Assembly (NCBI RefSeq): GCF_018350175.1
Contig: NC_058368.1
Span: forward strand, 191,830,001 to 191,894,000
Length of the DNA: 64,000 nucleotides
Direction: 5' to 3'
Source of the DNA: Felis catus
Lineage: Eukaryota
Part shown: piece by piece, positions 25,070 through 38,032 of the stretch
Layout: the number at the start of each line of letters is the position of its first letter
Position numbering within the stretch: the first letter of the stretch is position 1
Notes under the pieces: generated by a model
The model's database searches: none
What the model was told of the DNA's origin: nothing
The model's input: the letters and a program-made list of their open reading frames with translations, nothing else
Position numbers and translations under genes: made by a program

Positions 25070-28000
25070 CCTGTCATATGATGGGTTGCAATTATTAGTG
25101 TGAAGTTTCATGCTTGCTCACCATCTGCAAGAATCCCAGGAAGCAAGTGAAATTACCATCACTGCCGAGCAGCAATAGCTAATGTCCATGGTTCTACTCT
25201 TAACAATTTTGTACCAGAAGCCAAAAATCTCCCAGAGATGCTGGTCTCCTGTCTCCAGATTTGCTTTCCTTTGTGGTGAAGCAGATTTTCCCAGATCACT
25301 GAATGTGCTTTGTCAAAGGAAGAGAAGACACATTCAATGTCAAACGGAGACCATAATGCTTTTCCTTGGGTGTGTTTCTGTGTGAGAGAGGTGAGGTCAA
25401 ATCTCTCAAAAATCCAAAAGGAAATGGAACCAATGAAGCTCCTAGATGAAAATAAATGATGCCAATTTTTAAAAATAAAAACATACCCTTAGAACTTTCG
25501 TTGTCAATCTTTAATAAAGCTTGCTGTCAGATGGGCATGTAGCCTCAAAGCCCTAGGGAGCTGCCAACTAATGGTTTATATTGTCACCAATATGTTACAA
25601 AAGGCTCATGCATTTAGTTAAAAAGTAAAAATGAGGAATTTGGGAAGGTTCCAGAGATGCAAATTGGAAAGGATTCAACAGCAGAAGAAATGAGTCTACA
25701 TGATGCATACCAGGGGTGAAGTATATGTGCACCATTTTTAATTGTTCTTTGGGCTGAAAATTGAGGTCTCTACCTCTGAGATCCTTCACAAGAATTACTT
25801 AGAGGAAAGCCATAAAGTTTTTCCATGTATAAGAAAATAAGTACGCTCTCAAGAAACTTCAAAAAGGCAATTATTATAGGAAGATCAGCCCATTGTGTGA
25901 AATCACACCTGTGCTTTCCTCTTCTGGAAAGAAATTGCTGGAGAACTTGCCTAGTTAATCTTGGAAGAGAGACTACTCTCATCTTCTGGAACCTATTCTA
26001 AGTTAGCCCTCAACACTTTGATAATCACAGTTGTTTAGTTGATTCACTTAAAAATGTTCATCTCCCTGAAGTTCCTAAGGTCAGTTAATCATATAAATTC
26101 CTAAAAATTGTTGGAACTTTATTGGAACCAATTTATTAGTGTATAGAACAATTAAGATAAATAATTTGATAATTATTAGAATTTATAATTAGAACTAATT
26201 ATAGTAGGTATCTATAAATAAAAGAAGCAAATAATAAATTTAAGTCTAAAAAATGAAATTGAAATATATTGCATCAGATTCTGGAGCTACAGCACACACC
26301 CAGAGGAACACAAGTCTAAGAAAACTAACTTTAACTACATGAATTCTTATAGAAAACTTTTCTTGTCCAGTTCAACAGGGTATAATCTCAGGGAACAGCA
26401 GTACTAGTAAGGGGCTGTTAGAGAAATCTCTGCCAAAATTCCTAGCATGGTGTGCATATCTGCAAGTAACTGATCAAATGCCTTTGTTTATTTCAAATTT
26501 CCAAGTTTCTGCCTTAGAAACACTTAACTTCTAATTTGTAAGGCTTTTCTATAGAATGTTTTCAGAAGTATAAAGACATTCACTGGTTTACACAAAGCTA
26601 GGTTGAAAGGCCTAGTCAATGCGCAATTTTTCTCACAGGTAATGTAGGTTCAGGCTTAACAAGTTTGTATGAGGAGAAATAGAATGAATACACTTGATGC
26701 AATAAGTTAGGGGAAAGACCACCAAATATTCAGCCAAATGTAATATGGGAATACCTGCTTCAGAGTGAATCCTGGAAGATGGAATTCTAATCAAAGATGT
26801 TATACCATGTTCCAACTGTCAAGATAACATTAATTTCACTATGCCTTCATATAAATGGTCAAGTGCAAGAACATTACAAGTTTATATTTATTATCATTCA
26901 GAGGACAAGTCCTGAACTAAATGTTAGGAAAAATACAAACTGGTAAAACACTGGTGATGTCCCTAAGATGATTTCCATCTCCCTGACAAAATAAGATTTT
27001 AAATATCAAAGCAAATGGAAAAATACATAATCTAGCACATAATGAAGGGCTAAATTGTAAAAAAAAAAATTATGAATTTATTCTACATTTGTTGAATGGC
27101 TATGTGAGAAGGACTACACAAGCTACTGAATGCATATAATGAATTACACTTATTCTCTGTCCTCAAGAAAACTCACAGAAACAAGTACAATTTCACAAAT
27201 TGTCTTCTATAGACCCTAAAATTTCCCAAACCGCTTTGACCATTGAATGCTGTTTCCCAGATTTGTGCTCTTAAGAACAACTTGGGAAATGCTGGTTTTA
27301 ATCCAATGGTGTAGAATTCAAATAAGGGAAATTTAGTTACAATATGAAAAATATTTCTGGATAAAATTAATTTCAATCAAAGTATTGGATGATGTGTAGG
27401 CCTTGGACTGGTGGACAGATTCAAGGTGGGGAGACCTCATAAACAAGGTATGTGTACAAGGTATGTGATAGATGATAGCTAAAATGACTGGATCACCTGG
27501 ACCATAGGCCTTTAGACTGAGTCGTGGAAAATTAAAGTTGAGTGAGTTTAGACCAATACTAGAGGATCTGAAAACACAATTGAAGACTTTATTCTTGATT
27601 AAGAAAGTGACATGGAGAAAGCCCTATCTTTAGGTAATCTAGCTATGCTATTTTAGTGCATCCTGCACATAAAGAAAAAATCTGAAATGTACTCAGAATA
27701 ATAGGACTGAACCTCTCTGTCTCAACCCAGAAGAATGGATTACTGTGATTATGGTAACAAAAGGAAAAAAAATGTGTTCTCTGCATATCAAGGCATGCTA
27801 AAACTAGATAAAAACAAAAGATTTAGAAAATTGTAATTTGTTTTCCAAAAGCAGAATCAATCTGGGGCATTAGAAAGGAAACCAATCAAAAGAGCCAGAA
27901 AGCATTGGACTTTGATCTTTGAGGTCCTATGAAAGGCAACAAGATGTAACAGCAAAAACTTCTTCAGTCGTAAACTTGGGCCAGGTGGGTTCTAACCACA

Positions 28001-28451
28001 CTGCTTCCATTTACAACATGTTCTATTTTCATATAAAATACTGGGTTATATATAGTCACTCATACTCATAGTCACTCATACAATGTGTGAGCTTTAAGAC
28101 ATTTTACAGATTTTATTTTTATACTTTAATCTTTCAACTAATATTTTGTAAGCATCTGTTATGTATCAAGGACTGAACTAGTCACTGGAGCTTCAGCACT
28201 GAACAAGATAGACATGATTGCAGTCCCCGTGGAGCTCACATAACTACACAAAAATGTTATTAATGCACAGAAAACTAAGAATACATTCCTTGCACCATGT
28301 TTATAGATCAGCCCACCATGACAGATCTAATGTCTTCAGTGGGGTACTTCATAAATGGCAGGATTGAGAAGGATGTATTAACTTAATGTAGATACTAACT
28401 AGAATTTTGAAGAAAGTGTGTAATCACCAATCTGTATTAAAATCAGCAACT

Positions 28452-28682
28452 GGGGTGCCTGGGTGGCTCAGACGGTTAAGTGTCTGACTTTGGCTCAGGT
28501 CATGATCTCACATTTCTTGGGTTCAAGCCCCACGTCAGGCTCTGTGTTGACAGCTGGGAGCCTGGAGCCTGCTTCGGATTCTGTGTCTCCCTCTCTCTCA
28601 GCCCCTCCCCCGCTTGCCCTCTGTGTCTCTCTCTCTCAAGAATAAATAAAACATTAAAAAAATATTTAAAAAATAAATAAGG
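28452..28682 (+). mobile_element. Can-SINE
   Basis: Standard head, CT tract, A tail; TSD AAAA(T/G)CAGCAACTG at 28439-28452 and 28683-28696. Confidence 0.96.
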
Positions 28683-28971
28683 AAAAGCAGCAACTGACTT
28701 TTGTTACTATCCAGAGGACTTGATAATAATCATCACGAGCACTCAGAAACAGAATGCCAGAGTTGGAAAAGTTCAGGAAGATCTAATCATCCTACCTTAC
28801 GCTTTTACAGATAAAGGAACTAAGATCAAAAGAGGAAAATGATTTGTTGAAAGACCCATAGCTAGTCAGAGGCAAAAAAAGGGACAGAGATCAAGTTGCT
28901 CTCTATATCAGCCCTCTGCTCTTTCAAATACCCCAGGAAGAACACCATTTGTTAACAGTGAAAAAAGCTGG

Positions 28972-29520
28972 ACATTTTGTGGCAGGCTATGATATTTATC
29001 TGCATTATCATTTCAGTTGTTGAATTATACATCCACACCTCCAGTTTCATTACACTCTTGATCATCTCACATGGTCTGAGATTCAGCCAGACTTTCTTGC
29101 CTCTTAAGAAGTAGGGGAGGTCTCAGAACATAGGCCTTGCCAATCAGAATGCTTCATCCTCTCTAGACACACCAATTGGTCAGAGATGGGCAAGCTACTT
29201 CAGATAATGTCCTCCTTAGGATTTTTGCCAGATTATCAGGAATGATGCTTCTTTTCTGCTAGAATCATGAACCCTATAAATTATGAAAATCTGGAGCTCT
29301 TAGAGCAATCTTCTTTTCCATGAGGATTAAGCCATCTGGGAACAAGCAAGAAAAGCAAAACCAAGATATTTAAAGGTTGAGCAAGAAATTTCATGACTGA
29401 GTCACTTGGATTCAGCACTGCCTGAAGCTTGACCTCTCCCAGGCTTTTCTATAAAATGAGCTAATCAATTCCTATTTTTAAATCTAGTTGTTTATTCACT
29501 TACAACTCTTTAAGAAGTAC
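28972..29520. mobile_element. Old MLT1-like LTR remnant
   Basis: GGCCTTGCCAATCAGAATGCTTCATCCTC...AATTGGTCAGAGATGGGCA...ATGAGCTAATCAATTCC...TTCACTTACAAC. Confidence 0.45.
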
Positions 29521-29699
29521 CATATAAATATTCTAAGCATTTCCTTCTAGAATAAACCTATTATCATCTCTAACTTGAAATGTTTCTGTAGTACCATTAA
29601 AAAAACAAACATAAAATTGATGGCCAAACCCAGTCTCTAAGATTTCTAATATGAAGTGCTAAGGATGATCTATTAGCAATTGTTTTAAAAATTTTCAAG

Positions 29700-29945
29700 G
29701 GAAGGCAGCATACTGTGGTAGAGATAAGATCAGTGCTTTGGAGACATATAGCCTTGGGTTATAAGTTCTACCACTTACTGTCGCCTTGGAGCCCAAGTGG
29801 TCTCGGGGCACTGCTAGCTGTGTGGCCTTAGGAAAATCGCCCAGTTTCTCTGTTTCTCATCTCATGAGGTCAAATAATATTATGTATATGAGGTACCTTG
29901 CACACTGCCTACCACACAGTAAACGTCAAATAAATAATAACTATT
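29700..29945 (+). mobile_element. MIR SINE
   Basis: GGCAGCATACTGTGGTAGA..GCTTTGGAG head; GCTGTGTGGCCTTAGGAAAA core; GCCTACCACACAGTAAACGTCAAATAAAT tail. Confidence 0.6.
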
Positions 29946-30761
29946 ACTGCTGATATTGTTATTTATTGTTGTTGTTAGTAGTAGTGGTGATAATTACTAA
30001 CCACATGCAGTTATTGTGTCAAGCATTCAAGATGCAAAATGGAATAAGGCATAATCCTTTCCCTTCAAGGATCTAACAACAACTGTTCAGAACATTGATG
30101 GGTATCAAATAAAAGATACCAACCACAAACATTCTAGAATAGAGGAATGAGGGAGATAACCATGAAGTTGAGTGGTTGGGGAAGATCCCTTTTCCTGAAA
30201 ATTATATAATAAGTAAAATGTATTATTGTTCCCATTCCTACCAACAAACATACATGGAAGCAAATCTAAAAGTATAGAACATAAGAAGTGAAAGAAATCT
30301 AAATGATGAGTCAGCCAAACTCCCCATTTTACAGATGGAGAAACTAGAAGCCCCTAAGAGAAAAGACTTGCCCAGATCACAAAATTAGCCATCAAAAACG
30401 TGAGGACGAGAAAGAAATGTGAAGTTTCTGGAGTTTGAGGCTCCTCTGTGTTCACTCTGAGAGGAGTAGCTAACCCATTTCTGTGTGTAATTTACTGAAG
30501 ACTAACTTCCACCTCAATTCCTATCAGCTTGAGTACTCTATTACTTCCTGTGGTCTCTGCTGTTGTCATTAGTTAATGCCCTAAATTGACCTGAATTCAA
30601 CATCTTTAGCATACTCGTTAGTTTTAAAAGTTTCAATTGGTAGATTGTTGAAAGACATATCGTTTTTTCTCATGATTGTATCAATCTCGATCTCCAATTT
30701 TTCCTCTGTAACTAAGATCAGGAACAGGAAGTAAAATTATTCTCTTGCTTTGATATTGATC

Positions 30762-30779
30762 TTGCTCCCCCTGGTGAGG
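30762..30779 (-). promoter_or_regulatory. Candidate CTCF-binding motif
   Basis: Minus strand CCTCACCAGGGGGAGCAA versus CTCF core CCACCAGGGGGCGC; motif match only. Confidence 0.4.
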
Positions 30780-31667
30780 ATCTGCTTCAGGCAGAGGAGT
30801 CCAGCCCCCGCTGGACCTAAGATCCCAATTCCTGCCTGCTTAGACAGCTCCATAGACTTGAAACAGAATTCCTAGTACCATATTAGCATCTCAGCCAAGA
30901 GGATAGCCATGTTCTGATTTAACGCTCAATTTTTTCCCTGGGGTTTAAAATCTTCTTAGTTCTAAACTTTTAAATGCTTACTCAACTTATTTTTAATAAA
31001 CATGCACTATCTATTAATTTTCCAACCTTTCAACAGTGATACATTCAGAAACATCAAGCTTGGAATGGTTTTCAAGACAGCCTTTGTCCCTGATCCAATC
31101 TCACTTCACATTTATAAGGATCTGCTCTATAAAGTTAAACTTGCCAGCCAGGGATTCAAATTTATTTTCTGAAACTTTGGAGAATCTCTATCTTCACTGA
31201 CACACCACAGGAAATTTTACATTTTTTTCCTCTCTTTGATAGCCTCCTAGCTCTCTGCTGTTCTGTCACCAGCTGGATTATAGTCCACTAATGGTGGTGG
31301 ATTCCAAAGAGACAGAAGGCTGTTTTCAATCCATTTGTTATTTTAATGACAAAGAATCACCCCATAAGCCTTGTTAAAACCTCATTTAATCTAGAAAAAA
31401 TTAGAGGTACCAAGACACTTAGGCAGGAACATGGTAATATCAACATCCATCAAAGCAGAAATAATGGAGTGGAAGGAGGCCTAAAAAGGTGGTCCTGGGA
31501 GGCATACAACCATCCCAGAATGAATCAGCAAGAGCTTTTAGCATTAGTCACCACATCATTTACCCCTCATTTCATCAAAAATGTAAAAGCATGCATACTT
31601 TTTCTCAAACTTCAGAGTATAAATCTTGAGAAAAACCATGTGTGCAGTCAAAACACAGGCAAAATTA

Positions 31668-32173
31668 TAGATCTTCCTTGACTTATGATGGTGTTATGTC
31701 CTGATAAACTCACCATAAATTGAAACTATCCCAAGTCAAAAATTCTTCTAATATACAACTAAATACCAAACATCCCAGCTTAGCCTAGCCCGCTTGAATT
31801 TGCTCAGAACACCTCCATTGGCCTACAGTTGGGCAAAATCATGTAACACAAGGCCTATTTTATAATAGTGTTGATTATCTGAGGTAATTTATTCAGTACA
31901 GGAATACTGTACTGAAAGTGAAAAACAGAATGGTTGTATGGGTACAGAATGATCTTAGGCATATTAATTGTTTAGCCTCATGATCACATGGCTGCCTGAG
32001 AGCTGAAGCTCACTGCCCCTACCCAGCACCAGGAGAGAATATTGTACCACACCCCACTAGCCTGGGAAGAGAGCAAACTTCAAAATTCCTAATACTGCAT
32101 GTGTATTACATTTGCACCATCATAAAGTCAAAAGAAAGTCTAAGTCAAACCATTGTAAGTCAGAGGCCATCTA
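31668..32173 (+). mobile_element. TcMar-Tigger MITE (MER47/Tigger5-like) with both TIRs
   Basis: Left TAGATCTTCCTTGACTTATGATGG; right end reverse-complements to TAGATGGCCTCTGACTTACAATGG; internal GCTTAGCCTAGCC, CCTACAGTTGGGCAAAATCAT. Confidence 0.85.
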
Positions 32174-32319
32174 TTTAAAACAATAACTCATGCAGAGATT
32201 TTAGAGATTATCTGTTGCACTTTAAAAATATATAACCTAAATCCCAGAATGGAGAAGTGCCCAGGGCTCTCCCTAAGAGTCTTTTTAAATGGCCTCACTG
32301 CCATCTGAAATATGATTTG

Positions 32320-32530
32320 CCAATACCCATTATTCTAGTCTTGGCTCTGTCATTTATTAATTAGCCACATGATACTAGACAATCTGCTGAACCTGTTCAT
32401 GCTTTAGTTCCATCTACAAAATGGGGATAACATAGAGTACCTACCTCATCATGTCACTATAAAGATTAAATGAGATATGTACATGAAGAACTAACATAAC
32501 TTACTTAATAGTAAGCATGTGATAAATGAT
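32320..32530 (+). mobile_element. MIR SINE
   Basis: CATCTACAAAATGGGGATAACATAGAGTACCTACCTCAT...AAGATTAAATGAGAT. Confidence 0.65.
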
Positions 32531-33985
32531 AGGCATCATGGTATCATTTATGTTATAAAATTCTAGTGCAGTGCACCTGCATAAATAAGTCAATCCAGAT
32601 GCCTCTCCACTAACTGTGTTTTGCAGCCTCTTTCCCTCTCTTTCTTTCGTAGATGTGTCTATGGGCACAGAGTTAAGAGATCCAGATTTCAGTCTCAGCT
32701 CTGCCACTCTCTCTCTGTTGGGGAACCTTGAGAAGTTGAATCACCAACATAGGCCTCAGTGTCCTCCTCTATAAGATGAAGTAGGATCAAGTGACACCTA
32801 TGATCCTAAACACCATTCCTACAGAATGGATTTTAGAACCTAGACCATTGGACAGCTGCCTAGGCTGTTCCCAGAATGTCTACCCTGTGGGGGAAAGCTT
32901 CTAGGAATACTCAGCCACACAGTATCTCTCGGGGACTGGAGGAAGGTGGAGTTCTCAGCTCAGCTCTCCAATCCAACATCACTTCTCAAGAGTTACTCTG
33001 AAAACCACCAACAAGTACCCATGCTTTGATAAACCCTGGGCCTGTTCAAAGACTTCTCTTCCAAAGTTTCTTCTCTATCAGCCTGCCATGGACCTTTACA
33101 CTTCCCCCTTTACCCTCCTCAAACATCATGGAGCTTCTGAACTACTTTCAAGGAAATTTAATTATTGAGGAGTGGGGGAGGTGTGCTGAAGAGACCCAAT
33201 CCAGACATTTTTACTCTGAAAGGCCTTTCTTTTCATTAAATGACTGTCACCAAGAGTGAGGTCTGTGAATGAAATTCAGAGCAGTTCTCTCTATAGGATG
33301 GTCTCTGAAACACTACCAGATTTTATTTTTTAAATGGGTATGGAAAGTTTCCTATACATCAGGTTTACCTAGAACTTTACCTAGATTATCTCACAGAATC
33401 TCTAGCACAATCTTGGGAGGTAGGTACTTTATTATCACAGTTGTTAAATGAGGAAAGCGGGGCACAGCCTTACTGTGATCGAGCCTGTAATTTACTAACA
33501 ACTATTATCTATCTGGCCACTGCAACTAAAAGCTAATCTGCTAGTTATAGTTATCTTATGTGGTTTTGATACATTTTTTTTTTCCTTTTTAGGCAGTGTT
33601 TGATTACTCTGCTATGGGTTTTAATTGAGCCTTCTTCATGTGTATATAGTAGATGCATAAAATCATCAAATACTATTGACAAATCTCAACAGGAATATTG
33701 ATTTTTCCTACAGTTCTTCCTTGACATGGTTATTACTAACAATTCAGACTTATGCATGTTAAAATAAATTGACCTGGCATGTGCTGCTAAATACAATCTG
33801 AGTGATCTCTGATTGTCCAATTTTATATCCTCAGATGAAATGATACTGTTGGGGGGGGTGAGAAACAGGGAACTATTTGTCATTTTTGTCAGCAGCTTGA
33901 GACTGTATAAATGCAAAGTTTTTCTTTTTTTTTTAAATGTCTTTTTCAAAAATAAATTTCCTTTAGATTTAAGTGCATTGGTTCC

Positions 33986-34095
33986 TGTATCAGGGTTTTC
34001 CAGAGAAATAGAATATACATATAATTATATGTATATATAATGTATTAATATATACATATATATGTATGTGTGTATGTGTGCATATATATACATAA

Positions 34096-34166
<71 letters not shown>

Positions 34167-34531
34167 GAGAGAGAAAGAGAGAGAGAGAGAAATGTATGTA
34201 TATATCTATATTGCCAGCCTGAGTCCAAAGGCTTGAGAATTGGGAACACTGATGGTGTAAGTCCTAATCCATGAGTAAGAGAAAACCAATGTCCCAGCTA
34301 ACAGAGTCAGGCAGAAAGAGCAAATTCTCCCTTCCTCCACCTGTTTGTTCTATTCATACCCTCAAGGAATTGGGTCTAACCTACCCTCATTGGTGAGAGC
34401 AATCTGCTTTACTCAGTCTAGTGATTCAAATGCTATTTTCATCTGGAAACTTCCTCGTAGACAGAAATGTTTAACCAAATATCTGCAGTTCCAGGACCCA
34501 GTCATGTTGACTCATAAAATTAACCATCACA
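33986..34531. mobile_element. MLT2 (ERVL) solo LTR, internally deleted, hosting a large microsatellite
   Basis: TGTATCAGGGTTTTCCAGAGAAATAGAA start; CAATCTGCTTTACTCAGTCTA; ends TTGACTCATAAAATTAACCATCACA. Confidence 0.85.
34012..34208. repeat. Compound microsatellite: irregular TA, (ATATAC)~11, (GA)n
   Basis: Direct reading; hexamer run at ~34097-34165. Confidence 0.95.
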
Positions 34532-35454
34532 CCTTACAGTTTCTGTAAATTAAATAACACTGTTTAGAAGACAAATTGTATATTACAAAGTGGTAAAAAA
34601 AAATGGATATTTTTTTCTCTCAAATCATTTAGGAATGTGGACCACCTTGGGTCATAGGAGTTCCATATATTTGTCTTTCTTATTTTCATCTATAAAACTT
34701 CTTCAGGTTAGAAATCATTTTATACAAACTCTCTTTCCCTCAAAACTTAGACTAGTTCTTAGAACATAGGAGATGCAGTAAAATGAATGTAGAAAAATAT
34801 ATAGTCATTAAGTATTTGAAGAGAATTATGAGATCAGCTCATTCATAGTGAATTGTAACTCATAAGCAAAAGCACTTATGAGGACCCACTATGTGCAGTT
34901 TTGGTACTTTGTGGCTAAAAGATCAAATGTAGTGAATATACCCCTTCCCAGAGGTATTCATACAGATCTTCAGCTCAGACCAAATTAATAGCAACTGTGG
35001 CCAACATCTTAATTTTTCCCTTGCTAAATTACTATGGAGATGAATTTTATCAACTTAATCCACCCAGCTTAAACTAATTCTTCATTAAAGCGTAATTTTC
35101 TCCCACAGGGAAACTTCTAAATCCAGCAGATATAAGCATGAGCACCCCTGGTTTGTTTTAATTATTTTTCTTAAATGAGAAGCTGAGCACATTTTGCCAA
35201 GGATTAAATCACCTCAGGTCTCACAAATTTGGTATTCTTGAACTAAATCCATGGTCTCATGTTGCAATTCTTTTGCAAATGGAAGAAAGCCACTTCATGT
35301 CACTATGGAAAAAGCATTTAAATGGCCAGAGCAAAAGGCTTAGACAAGTCCACATCTCCTAACATTTCTGCTAAATTCGGTGTTAATATCCTAAAAGGAT
35401 GTAGATTACATTTCTCCTTAAATCTTTCAAAGTCCTTCAAATTAGCAAGAAATT

Positions 35455-36530
35455 ATTTTGAAAAGTTTAAACACTCAACAGAATGAGAAGACAGGCTACA
35501 AACTGGAAGAAAATACTTCTAAAAAAAACTCAACGAGAAAATGAACCCAGTTTAAAATGAGCCAACAAACTAGACACCTCACCAAAGAAGATATGCACAT
35601 GATAAATAGGCATATAAAAAGATGCTCAGATAATATGTCATTAAAGAACTGCAAATGGAAACAATGACCTACCACTAGACATCTATTAGAATGGCAAGAA
35701 TCCAAAACACCAACGCTACCAAATGCTAGATAGGATGTGGAGCAACAGGAACTCTCACTCATTACTGAGGGGAATGCAAAATGGTACAGCCAGTTTGGAA
35801 GACAGTTTGGCAGTTTCTTGCAAAATTAAACATACTCTTACCATATATTCCAGCAACTATGCTCCTTGGTATTTACCCAAATGAGATGAAAGCTTAGGTC
35901 CACACAATCATTTATCCATGACATCTGTGACAGCTTTATTTATAATTGGTAAAAATTAGTAATAACCAAGGTGTCCTTCAGTAGGTGAATGGGCAAATAA
36001 ATTGTGGTACATCCAGATAATGGGATGTTTCGTGCAAACAAGAAATGAGCTATCAAACCACAAAGACAAGGATGAACATTAAATCCATAATATTAAGTGA
36101 AAGAAGACAATCTGAAAAGGCTACATATTGTATGATTCCAACCGTATGACATTCCGGAAAGGCAAAACTGTGGAGACAGTAAAAAGATCAGGGGTTGCCA
36201 ACAGGGGAGAAAGAAGAATGAATAGGTGACACACAGAGGATTTTTAGTGCAGGGAAACTTATGTATGATACTAAAATGGTGGACATACATCATTATACAT
36301 TTGTCAAAACCCAGAGAATCTACAACACCAAGAGTGAAACTTAATGCAAATGACTTTGGGTGATAATAATGTGTCACTGCAGTCTTATCAGTTGTAACAA
36401 ATATACTACTCTGGTGGGGAATGTTATGCATGAGTGGAGACAAGGAATGGATGGGGAACTCTCTATACTTTCTTCTCAATTTTGCTACAAATATAAAACT
36501 GCTCTAAAAGAAGTATATTTTAAAAAATTA
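35455..36530 (+). mobile_element. Old L1 3' end (L1MC-like)
   Basis: ORF2 C-terminal remnants (GGATGTGGAGCAACAGGAACTCTCA, TTGGAAGACAGTTTGGCAGTTTCTT); 3' UTR CATTATACATTTGTCAAAACCC..GTTGTAACAAATATACTACTCTGGTGGGG; A tail. Confidence 0.85.
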
Positions 36531-36611
36531 AAATTCTTGCTAATCCTCAAAATCTATTGTCCTAATGTATCCAAGCCCCAATGTTTTTATTTTTAATGTA
36601 TCTGCTTATTC

Positions 36612-36831
36612 TTTTTTTTTTTAGTTTATTTATTTATTTTGAGAGAGAAAGAGCAAGAGAAAGTGAGCAGGGGAGGGGCAGAGAAAGAGAGGGAGAGAGA
36701 GAGACTCTCAAGCAGACTCTGCACTGTCAGTGCAGAGCCCAACACAGGCTAGAACCCACAAACCATGAGATCCTGGTCTGAGCTGAAACCAAGAGTTGGA
36801 CACTCAATCAAGTGAGCCACCTAGGCACCCC
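36612..36831 (-). mobile_element. Can-SINE
   Basis: T tail, GA tract, ends CTAGGCACCCC; TSD core TCTGCTTATTCTT on both sides. Confidence 0.93.
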
Positions 36832-36879
36832 AATATTTCTGCTTATTCTTAATCACAAAACATTTTATAAAATCCATCG

Positions 36880-37482
36880 TCCTTTTGGAACTATTTTTCA
36901 AAATGTATTTTTTAAGTGTCTGCTCTTTAATCCAGCAATCCACTTGAAGCTATCAATCCCAAAGAAATACTTTTACACACATACACACACACAAAGAAAC
37001 GTACACAAAGGTGTCTTCTGCAACACTGCATATAGTATAAAATTTTTTTGTGTTTTATTTAATAATTTAAAATCCAAAATATCCATCAATAGGAGAAGAG
37101 CTAAATACGTTACATCAATACTATGCAATAATATGGAATGAGATGAAATTATGTGAGATCGCATAAGACATCCAAGGTATATTGTGTCATTAAAAAGATA
37201 CCTAATTAATAAATATTCTACAACTTCATACTGGTAAGGAACTATATGCACTAAGCAAATCTATATCGTTTGATAGTTACCCGTATATATGAAATGAATT
37301 GAAAACGTGTTGGAAAAATAAACCCCAAACTGGTATTGGTTTTTTACCTCTAGAAAAAGGAGTAACATTTGAAGGAAAGTATACCTTCCTTTACCAAAGT
37401 AGACCTTTATTTTATCTTCATTTTTAGTGGTTTTTATAATAAGATATTCATGTATTACTAATATAAGTTAAAATAAAATTTA
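36880..37482 (+). mobile_element. Very old L1 (L1ME-like) 3' fragment
   Basis: TTTAATCCAGCAATCCACTT, AATATCCATCAATAGGAGA and degenerate L1ME-like 3' UTR. Confidence 0.5.
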
Positions 37483-37587
37483 AATCTATTCTCCTTTATA
37501 GTTTGCTAGAAATCATTTAAATTCTATAGTGTTGACTGTAGTCTTAGTGTTCAGAATGAGGGGATATAGACTCAAACTAAAATTTTA

Positions 37588-38032
37588 CTTTTTCCAGCTC
37601 TATTGGGGTATACTTGACAAAAAAGTAGAGATGTTTAAGGTGTATACCATGATACTTTGATTACATACCCACTGTGGAAAGATTACCACAATCAAGCTAA
37701 TTAACATATTTGTCCTCTCACAGTCACCTTTTTATGTGTGTGTAGTCAGTACTCTTGATCTACTTTCAGCAAACTTCAAGTACACAATAGAGTATTAACT
37801 ACAGTCACCATGCTGTATATTAGATCTCCAAGATCTATTCATCTTTCATAACTGAAACTTTGGACACTTTGACCTTTGATCTCCCCATTTCTCCCACCCC
37901 AAGTCCCTGGCAACCACTACTCTACTCTCTGCTCCTACGAGTTCAACTTATTTAGATTCCACCCTTAAGTGTTATTATGCTGTATGTGTCTTTCTGTGTC
38001 TGGCTTATTTAGCTTAGCATAATGCCCTGCAT
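37588..38032 (-). mobile_element. 5'-truncated L1 (L1MA-like) 3' end
   Basis: GATTACCACAATCAAGCTAATTAACAT, GTCACCATGCTGTATATTAGATCTCCA, TTTCTGTGTCTGGCTTATTT; TSD AAACTA(A/T)AATTTTA at 37574-37587 and 38033-38046. Confidence 0.88.

Noticed and set aside
25297..25340. Inverted repeat as a possible pre-miRNA
   Set aside because: Stem of only ~11-14 bp; no mature miRNA recognised
27442..28082. Short tandem duplications (ACAAGGTATGTG x2; ATAGTCACTCATAC x2)
   Set aside because: Ordinary slippage duplications with no inserted sequence of note
9670..34274. ORFs with HT, CV, IY or HI runs (e.g. 9670, 15803, 18234, 21803, 24521, 34062)
   Set aside because: Microsatellite translations
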